A stretch of 14,175 bases of DNA. It comes from Desulfobacterales bacterium (lineage in GTDB: Bacteria; Desulfobacterota; Desulfobacteria; Desulfobacterales; JAABRJ01). Position 1 is the stretch's first letter. Each line of letters opens with the position of its first letter. Under the pieces are notes generated by a model. That model was not told the origin of the DNA and ran no database searches. It worked only from the letters and a program-made list of their open reading frames with translations. This document shows, one piece after another, positions 7,774 to 13,509 of this stretch. The position numbers and the translations under genes are program-made. The stretch is from contig JAWOJK010000084.1 in the NCBI GenBank assembly GCA_046481705.1, positions 1 to 14,175 on the forward strand. Direction: 5' to 3'.

Positions 7774-8527
7774 ACGGATTTACCAGTTTGTCATCATCTA
7801 CGTGGCAGCCCTCGGCGGGTTGCAGGCCATCAAGCTGGTTTTCGCCCTTTCGGACTACGTGATCCCCAGCCCGTCGGACCTGTGGCGGACCGCGGAAGCC
7901 GTTTTCAGCCGCTATCTGGGCGACGCCCTGAACACCCTGGCAGTGGCGATCGTGGGGCACCTGCTGGCGATTGTTCTGGCCACGGCGGTGGCGATCATCG
8001 GCCGCTTGACAAACTGGGCCGGGGCCCTGATCAAGGTGGCGGCCTACAACCTTCAGGCCTACCCCATCGTGGCGGTCGCCCCGATCATCTTCATCCTGTT
8101 GGGCGACGGGCTCGCCTCGCGGCTGCTGATCGCCGCGATGATCTGTTACTTCCCGCTACTGCTGTCGTTTATCGGTATCTTTGCGGAGCCGGTCACCGAT
8201 ATCGAGCACTTCTACACCATGACCGGCCGGATGCGCTGGCAGTTGGAAGTCAAAATTCGGGCCTTTGAAAACAACGCCAAGTTGATCACGGTCACCGCCG
8301 GCAGCGCCACCCTCGCCATGGTCGGCACCATCGTGGCCGAATTTTTCGGCGCCAATGCCGGAATCGGCTACAGCCTGCGCATCGCACTCTACCAGAGCGA
8401 CCTTGCCAAGGTGCTGGTGGCCCTTTTCCTGATCGGTATTTTCACCTCGCTTTACCTGGCCTTTCTGGAAAGGATCGGGGTTTGGCTGCAACACAAACTC
8501 GTGCTGCCCACAGGAGGAACGCTCTGA
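7766..8527 (+). CDS. ABC transporter permease (binding-protein-dependent inner-membrane component, NitT/TauT/SsuC-like)
   Basis: A multi-TM protein whose conserved loop and EAA-like region (…TAGSATLAMVGTIVAEFFGANAGIGY…) are typical of SsuC/TauC-type permeases. The ATG at 7766 overlaps the ATPase stop (ATGCTGCCTAA), indicating translational coupling. Confidence 0.85.
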   Translation: MPKRIYQFVIIYVAALGGLQAIKLVFALSDYVIPSPSDLWRTAEAVFSRYLGDALNTLAVAIVGHLLAIVLATAVAIIGRLTNWAGALIKVAAYNLQAYPIVAVAPIIFILLGDGLASRLLIAAMICYFPLLLSFIGIFAEPVTDIEHFYTMTGRMRWQLEVKIRAFENNAKLITVTAGSATLAMVGTIVAEFFGANAGIGYSLRIALYQSDLAKVLVALFLIGIFTSLYLAFLERIGVWLQHKLVLPTGGTL

Positions 8528-9519
8528 TGTGCGCCCCGATCGTTGCAAAGCGCCTGTTGATCGCCGTGCTGGCCTCGGCAGTGCTTTTCTCCGGCTGCGG
8601 CCCGCCTGAAGGGGACTTGGGCCCGCTTAGCTACCGTCTCAAATGGCTTTTCAACGTCAGTGTGGTCGGCGATCTTTATACCGACGCCGAGAAACTCTTC
8701 GAGGCTGAAGGTCTCCAGGTGACCGTCAAGCCCGGCGGACCGGAAAAGGACGCCATCAAGGAACTGGAACTGGGGTACGCCCAGTTCGGGGTTGCCTCCG
8801 CCGACCAGGTCATCCGGGCGCTTGCCAAGGGCTCTCCGGTGGTGGTGATCGCCCAGATCTTCCAGCAAAACCCCCTGCAGTGGATTTATCGCCCCGACCG
8901 CAATCGGTTCGAAACCCCGGCAGACTTCAGCGGCAAGACCCTGGGGGTCACCTTCGGCGGCAACGACGAAACCATCATGAAGGCCCTCATGGCCGAGCGC
9001 AATCTGAGCGAACAGGACGTCACGCTTTTCAGCGTGCGCTATGACTACACCCCGTTTTACGAGGGCCGGGTCGACCTCTGGCCGGTCTACCGCAACGCCC
9101 AGGGGGTGATCATCGAAGATAAGCTGCGACGCGCCGGCGAAACGACGGCCTTTTTCGACCCCAATGCGGCCGGCGTTAGGTTCGTGGCCAATTCGGTGAT
9201 CACCACGCGCGCAACCCTGGAGCAGCACCCCCAGACCGTCCAAAAATTTCTCCAAGCGCTGCTTGAAGGCTGGCGGCGCGCACTGGACCCCGCCAATGCA
9301 GACCAGGTCCTGGCCATGATCCAGCTCTACGACCGGGATACCCCCCTGCCCCTGCTGCGGCAGCAGCTGGACATTACCCGCCAGATGGTGCAGCCCACCG
9401 CCGAATCGGTCATCGGGCGGATCGATGTGGCGGCCTGGCAACAGACCGAAGCGATTATGCTGGCCCAAAACCTGATTCCCGCAGCGGTGAACGTGGCATC
9501 CAGCCTGCTTTCACCCTGA
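8527..9519 (+). CDS. ABC transporter periplasmic substrate-binding lipoprotein (NMT1/SsuA/TauA-like)
   Basis: The ATG at 8527 overlaps the permease stop (TGATG). A signal peptide carrying a lipobox (LASAVLFSGC) is present. The mature protein shows the alternating β-strand/helix pattern of NitT/TauT-family binding proteins (VKPGGPEKDAIKELELGYAQFGVAS..., GKTLGVTFGGNDE...). Confidence 0.8.
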   Translation: MCAPIVAKRLLIAVLASAVLFSGCGPPEGDLGPLSYRLKWLFNVSVVGDLYTDAEKLFEAEGLQVTVKPGGPEKDAIKELELGYAQFGVASADQVIRALAKGSPVVVIAQIFQQNPLQWIYRPDRNRFETPADFSGKTLGVTFGGNDETIMKALMAERNLSEQDVTLFSVRYDYTPFYEGRVDLWPVYRNAQGVIIEDKLRRAGETTAFFDPNAAGVRFVANSVITTRATLEQHPQTVQKFLQALLEGWRRALDPANADQVLAMIQLYDRDTPLPLLRQQLDITRQMVQPTAESVIGRIDVAAWQQTEAIMLAQNLIPAAVNVASSLLSP

Positions 9520-9535
9520 CGGCGCCCCCGAAACG

Positions 9536-10423
9536 ATGGTTCCAAAATCTATGCGATCCGCACTCCCCCTGACCTTTGTCTTGACCGGCTTCGATGAAAA
9601 CGGCGGCTTCTCCCCCGAGGACCGCAGCGACCCTGACGCCCGTTCCGTCGCAACCGTGACGGCGCTGCGGACGCGCTTGGTCAACCGCCCCCCCGCGGGC
9701 CGTAGCGGCACCCGCCGCTACTGGTTTTTCGGGGTATGTGCCGCCCTGATCGCCGTTGCGGCTTTCGCCTACCTGCTCTTTCCTCCCGGCCCGGGCGACG
9801 GCCCCGGGCAAAGCGGCCCCGCGGCGAGAACCGCCCAACCGGCGATTGCATCCCCCCCCCAGGCGCCGGAAGCGCCGGCTGATCCCACCACCGCGGGCGA
9901 CGCCGTGGCGGTCGCCCCACCTGCAGCCGCACCCGCCGCCGGTGCTCTTGAAAAACCCGCTCTCCATGCGGCTGAGACCATCCCGGCGCCCACTGCGCCG
10001 CAGCCATCGCCAGCGGCTCCGGCACCCACCGCTGCAGCGCCGATGCCGCCCGCCCAGCCGAGCGCGAAAACAATCCCCCCGAAAACGTCTTCGGGGTTGA
10101 AGCTGGTCGAGCTGGTGGTCTGCCGTGAGGTTTCCGGCCGCCGGAGCGTTGGGCCGCAAAGGCATTTCAGATACGGCCAGTCGGAGAAACCACATGTCTG
10201 GATGACCGTTTACGCCCGGCAGCCGCCCCGCAAGCTGACCCACGTCTATTTCCACGACGGCCGCCGGCACGTCACGGTGCCCCTGGCGATTCGACACCCC
10301 CGCACCCGCACCTGGAGCCGCCTGACGATCGACTCGGCAGCCTTCGCGGGGTCATGGCGCGTGGCGGTGATGACAGAAAACGGCGAGCAGCTCGGCGAGG
10401 CCTTTTTTGAGGTCGGGCCCTGA
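9536..10423 (+). CDS. Single-pass membrane protein with a Pro/Ala-rich low-complexity linker and a conserved ~100-aa C-terminal domain (DUF2914-like, from memory)
   Basis: A cytoplasmic N-terminus is followed by one TM helix (YWFFGVCAALIAVAAFAYLLF). A ~130-aa P/A-rich spacer follows. The C-terminal globular region (LKLVELVVCREVSGRRSVGPQ...VWMTVYAR...THVYFHDGRRH...RTWSRLTI...GSWRVAVMTENGEQL) resembles the DUF2914 pattern, although it is not paired with PspC here. It starts 16 nt after the binding-protein gene. GC3 is high in this frame, and the opposite-strand ORF (9455-10297) is Arg/Gly junk. Confidence 0.6.
   Translation: MVPKSMRSALPLTFVLTGFDENGGFSPEDRSDPDARSVATVTALRTRLVNRPPAGRSGTRRYWFFGVCAALIAVAAFAYLLFPPGPGDGPGQSGPAARTAQPAIASPPQAPEAPADPTTAGDAVAVAPPAAAPAAGALEKPALHAAETIPAPTAPQPSPAAPAPTAAAPMPPAQPSAKTIPPKTSSGLKLVELVVCREVSGRRSVGPQRHFRYGQSEKPHVWMTVYARQPPRKLTHVYFHDGRRHVTVPLAIRHPRTRTWSRLTIDSAAFAGSWRVAVMTENGEQLGEAFFEVGP
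9852..9860 (+). repeat. C9 homopolymeric tract inside the linker-coding part of the 9536-10423 gene
   Basis: tcc ccc ccc cag encodes SPPQ. It is the longest mononucleotide run in the window. Confidence 0.9.
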
Positions 10424-10469
10424 GGCCGGGAGGGCAGGATAAAGCTTAGCGTGGCATCCCGAACGACGG

Positions 10470-10499
10470 AAAAAGCGAGGGCGCCCCGATGGCGCCCTC
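10470..10499 (-). terminator. Intrinsic-terminator hairpin (GAGGGCGCC-CCGAT-GGCGCCCTC) between convergent genes; followed by T5 on the minus strand and preceded by A5 on the plus strand
   Basis: A perfect 9-bp GC-rich stem (10477-10485 / 10491-10499) encloses a 5-nt loop. On the minus strand it is followed by GCTTTTTCC. It lies about 105 nt downstream of the DMT transporter stop and about 55 nt downstream of the stop of the plus-strand 9536-10423 gene. It is probably the terminator of the minus-strand B12-domain/DMT operon and could act weakly in both directions. Confidence 0.5.
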
Positions 10500-10530
10500 A
10501 AACGAAAGGAGAGAAGGAGGATAAACCAGA

Positions 10531-10617
10531 GTGCGGTTGTTTGCGCTCTTGTTTTTTCTTATCGGCCGCCGGCGGTTCGGCTTGAGAAAAAAATCCTTTT
10601 TTCTTAAATTTTTTTGA
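10531..10617 (+). CDS. Candidate small ORF (28 codons, GTG start) encoding a hydrophobic/basic peptide VRLFALLFFLIGRRRFGLRKKSFFLKFF, preceded by a strong Shine-Dalgarno sequence
   Basis: AAGGAGG at 10514-10520 lies 10 nt upstream of the GTG at 10531. The ORF is in an unusually AT-rich stretch, and its last 14 nt overlap the 3' end of the minus-strand DMT gene. It is too short for the ORF track and is speculative. Confidence 0.2.
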   Translation: MRLFALLFFLIGRRRFGLRKKSFFLKFF

Positions 10618-11557
10618 CGGCCGGGACCGGCACGCCCATAGGATTTGCGTTTCCTGCCGGGCGGCGGCCTTTTCGGATCGCCAGCAGCACGTTGGCGCTG
10701 AATATCAGCAAAGCGCCGATCCAGCCCGCCGCCGACAGCGGGTTTTCCGCGACCAGGTAAGGCCCGAGAACCGCTGCCAGGAGAATCCGCGTCGAGGATA
10801 TAATCCCGCCCTCGAGCGCCGTGACATACCGAAACCCGAAGGTCAACAGGTACTGCCCGGCGACACCGAAAAGCGAGCAGGCCATCAGGAAAAAAAACGC
10901 CGTGCGGTCGGGCACGAAAAGCCGGTCGTAAAACAGGCCCAGCATGATCACCGTTCCCAGTCCGAACATGACCAGCAGGATGGTTTCGGAGGCGTCGTGC
11001 TGGCGCGCCAGATTGAGGAAGGTCAGGGAAAAAGCGGCCGATACTCCGGATGCCAGCCCCCAGACCAGGTCCGGGTTCCAGCCGATTTTACCCGGCTTCA
11101 GCAGCAGCCAGATGCCCGCCATGGCGACGGCCACCAGAACGAGGGTGACCCCATCGCGCTGGGCGCGGAGAAACATCCAGGTGAAGACCGCGATGAATAC
11201 CGGGTAGGTCATGTTGAGAATATTGGCCTCGGCCACCGAGGTCAGGGCGACCGCCTTGAAGAAGCAATACACCGCCAGGCAATTGGCAATCGTGCGGCCG
11301 AGCAGGTAGCGGAATTTGCGGGGCCGCACGGCTTGCCGATGCAGCAGCAGGCTCGTGCCCACCACGCTAAAACCCAGAAAAAACCGCACGATCACGAAAA
11401 AGGCCGGGTCAATGGCGGTGTGCGCCTGGGACCAGCGGATAGTGGTGGTGGCGAGATAAAAGAAGAACGCCGAGCCGAAAATCGCCAGGCAGCCCCATAA
11501 CTGCTGCCGCTTGAAATCGGCGGATGCGGCGCGCTGCGAGGGGGTAGGCTGCATCAT
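10604..11557 (-). CDS. DMT superfamily (EamA/RhaT-like) 10-TM transporter
   Basis: The 317-aa protein has ten predicted hydrophobic helices arranged as two EamA-like halves (…LAVYCFFKAVALTSVAEANILNMTYPVFIAVF… and …FGVAGQYLLTFGFRYVTALEGGIISSTRILLAAVLGPYLVAE…). It begins 15 nt downstream of the B12-domain gene on the same strand. Confidence 0.85.
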   Translation of the reverse strand: MMQPTPSQRAASADFKRQQLWGCLAIFGSAFFFYLATTTIRWSQAHTAIDPAFFVIVRFFLGFSVVGTSLLLHRQAVRPRKFRYLLGRTIANCLAVYCFFKAVALTSVAEANILNMTYPVFIAVFTWMFLRAQRDGVTLVLVAVAMAGIWLLLKPGKIGWNPDLVWGLASGVSAAFSLTFLNLARQHDASETILLVMFGLGTVIMLGLFYDRLFVPDRTAFFFLMACSLFGVAGQYLLTFGFRYVTALEGGIISSTRILLAAVLGPYLVAENPLSAAGWIGALLIFSANVLLAIRKGRRPAGNANPMGVPVPAVKKI

Positions 11558-11572
11558 GGCGGTCAGTGCCTG

Positions 11573-12079
11573 CTACCAGGCCAGCAGAAACTGCAAAAAA
11601 TCCCCCACATGGCGTGCCACGTAACCCACCCCTGCCCGTTCGGCCAGCTCCGGATCGGCCCGAAAAATCGGCCCACCCACCACCGTAAGGGTTTCAGCGG
11701 GAAGGCTGCGGCAAATCATGGCCAGATTGTCTTCGCTGTCGAACTGCAGCACGGTCAGGCCGAGGATCTGCGGTCGCAGCTGGCGACAGGCCGCGATGAT
11801 GCGCTCGGGCGGCTGCTCCAACCCCAGCGAATGGATCTCAAGCCCCGCCAGCGCAGCGTAAACTTCAATGGTCTGCAGGCCGTGCCCCCAGCCGTCGTCC
11901 AGGGTGGCGCTGGCCATCCGGCGCGTTTCGGTCCACAGGCTTGCGACTGTGTTGGCGGTTTTCCAGGCCGCCAACTCGCGTGCCTGGGCGTGCAGGCTGT
12001 GCCGTCCGGGCATTCCCTGGGTTTGCCAGCCTTCCAGCAGCTGTTCCAATTTGCGGCGCAACAAGGTGTGCGGTGTCAT
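11573..12079 (-). CDS. Small cobalamin(B12)-binding-domain-like protein (Rossmann-like B12-binding fold with an atypical DGWGHG motif in place of DxHxxG)
   Basis: The ATG at 12077-12079 (MTPHTLLRRKLEQ...) has a GAAGGGGA Shine-Dalgarno sequence upstream. The C-terminal ~110 aa follow the B12-binding domain pattern (ASATLDDGWGHGLQTIEVYAALAGLEIHSLGLEQPPERII...ILGLTVLQFDSEDNL...VVGGPIF, i.e. the D.H..G / S.L / GG blocks). Two extra residues separate the Asp and His of the first block. Confidence 0.55.
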   Translation of the reverse strand: MTPHTLLRRKLEQLLEGWQTQGMPGRHSLHAQARELAAWKTANTVASLWTETRRMASATLDDGWGHGLQTIEVYAALAGLEIHSLGLEQPPERIIAACRQLRPQILGLTVLQFDSEDNLAMICRSLPAETLTVVGGPIFRADPELAERAGVGYVARHVGDFLQFLLAW

Positions 12080-12381
12080 TTGTCCCCTTCGGTGGCTCGG
12101 TTCAACGCCCACTTCAAACCGCCCGGCATTCTGCGGGGTCGTGGGCGCACCTGCAAGCTGTGTGGTCTATAGTCCAAAAAGGCCTCGTTTCCAAACGATT
12201 TTCGCCGGGTCAGCGGGCGGCTTTAAAAGACGGCTGCTGCCCGGTACCCACCAAGCGGATGCCTTGCAAGCCTTGCGCAGTCCTCAAGTTCTCCCCGGAA
12301 CGACCGAAAGGAAAAGGACCGGTGCGGCCGCCAGGAGGCTGAAACCGGGTCTTAACCCCGGCAAAAGGAAGCAACCCCAGG

Positions 12382-13509
12382 ATGGGCACCAACAACCTCA
12401 TATTTCTGGAAGTTCTCGAGTGGTTTGACAACAGCGGCAAGCAACTCGTTCACCGCCTGCCGGAAAGCGGCTCGGGGGAAATCAAGTACGGCGCCCAGCT
12501 GACCGTCAGGGAAAATCAGGCCGCCGTCTTTTTTTACCAGGGCAAAGCCGTCGAAGCCTTCGGGCCCGGCCGCCATACGCTGAAAACCGCCAACCTGCCC
12601 CTGCTCACCAAAATCGCCAGCATCCCCTGGGGCCTTTCCAGCCCGCTGCGGGCCGAAGTCTACTTTGTCAATTTAAAGGTTTTTACCAATCTGAAATGGG
12701 GCACCCGGGATCCGGTGGCCTTCAAAGACCGGGAGCTTGGACTGGTGCGCCTGCGGGCTTTCGGCGTGTTCAACCTGCAGGTGGTCCAGCCGGTGCTGTT
12801 TATCAACAGTCTGGTCGGCACCCAGGGGATGTTCACCACCGCGGAAATCGATGAGTACCTCAACCGGGTGGTGGTTTCGCGCTTCAACGACTATATCGGT
12901 GAGACCATCGACACCATTTTCGATCTGCCCGCGCGCTACGACGAAAGCTCGCGGGGCCTGGCCCAGCGCCTGGAGGCCGACTTCGCGCACTTCGGCCTGA
13001 AACTGACCCAGCTTTACATCACCGCCATCACGCCGCCGCCGGACGTGCAGCAGGCCATCGACGACCGCAGCCGCATGGGGGTCTTTCAGGACATGGACAA
13101 GCTGGTCAAAATGAAGGCGGCCATGGCCGTGGAAAAGGCGGCCTCCTCGGGCGGCAGCGCCGAAGGCGGCATGGGGATGGGGATGGGGTTGATGCTGCCG
13201 GCGATGTTCTCCCGCTTTTTCCAGGACGGCACGGCCCCGTCCGGTCCTGACGAGCGGTTTGCCCAAACCTGCCCCGACTGCACACGCAAGATCGCGGGGG
13301 ACGCCAAGTTCTGCCCCCACTGCGGCCACCAGCAAATTGTGTTCGGTCAGTGCAGCGCCTGCGGCAAGAACCTCCCGCCGAACGCCCGCTTTTGCCCCCG
13401 CTGCGGCGGGTCGGCGGCCACCAAAGCCGCCCCCGCGGTTTGCCCCCACTGCCGGGCCGAAAACCTGAGCGGCGCCCGCTTCTGCAACCAGTGCGGTGAA
13501 AAACTCTAA
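12382..13509 (+). CDS. SPFH/Band-7 family protein of the Band_7_1 / B. subtilis YdjI-like (so-called virion-core-protein-like) type with three C-terminal zinc-ribbon motifs
   Basis: The N-terminus (IFLEVLEWFDNSGKQLVHRLPESGSGEIKYGAQLTVRENQAAVFFYQGKAVEAFGPGRHTLKTANLPLLT) is the hallmark of the NfeD-independent Band_7_1 SPFH subfamily. The C-terminal ~100 aa carry three CxxC…FCxxCG knuckle pairs (CPDC/CPHCG, CSAC/CPRCG, CPHC/CNQCG). An AAGGAAG Shine-Dalgarno sequence lies 11 nt upstream of the ATG. Confidence 0.85.
   Translation: MGTNNLIFLEVLEWFDNSGKQLVHRLPESGSGEIKYGAQLTVRENQAAVFFYQGKAVEAFGPGRHTLKTANLPLLTKIASIPWGLSSPLRAEVYFVNLKVFTNLKWGTRDPVAFKDRELGLVRLRAFGVFNLQVVQPVLFINSLVGTQGMFTTAEIDEYLNRVVVSRFNDYIGETIDTIFDLPARYDESSRGLAQRLEADFAHFGLKLTQLYITAITPPPDVQQAIDDRSRMGVFQDMDKLVKMKAAMAVEKAASSGGSAEGGMGMGMGLMLPAMFSRFFQDGTAPSGPDERFAQTCPDCTRKIAGDAKFCPHCGHQQIVFGQCSACGKNLPPNARFCPRCGGSAATKAAPAVCPHCRAENLSGARFCNQCGEKL

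Noticed and set aside
8452-9468. 338-aa minus-strand ORF overlapping the substrate-binding protein gene
   Set aside because: The plus frame has a signal peptide, a lipobox and a binding-protein fold. The minus frame is Gly/Arg/Pro junk.
9455-10297. 280-aa minus-strand Arg/Gly-rich ORF; also plus ORF 9756-10100 and minus ORFs 9681-10073 and 9769-10029
   Set aside because: They all overlap the Pro/Ala-rich linker-coding region, where every frame stays open in GC-rich low-complexity DNA. Only the 9536-10423 frame has a TM helix, a conserved C-terminal domain and a consistent GC3 bias.
9536-10423. TonB-like interpretation of the TM + Pro-rich spacer + C-terminal domain protein
   Set aside because: The C-terminal domain lacks the TonB C-terminal signature (YP…A…G.V…S.G…LD) and no ExbBD genes are adjacent. 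The DUF2914-like pattern fits better.
11868-12428. Plus-strand ORFs (186 aa and 133 aa) spanning the divergent spacer, including a possible 27-codon uORF MPCKPCAVLKFSPERPKGKGPVRPPGG at 12258
   Set aside because: They run antisense into the B12-domain gene and across a promoter region. They have no Shine-Dalgarno sequence or motifs. They are kept only as a possible operator-containing spacer.
12673-13449. 258-aa minus-strand ORF overlapping the SPFH gene
   Set aside because: The plus frame has an unmistakable Band_7_1 N-terminus and zinc-ribbon knuckles. This is an antisense artefact.
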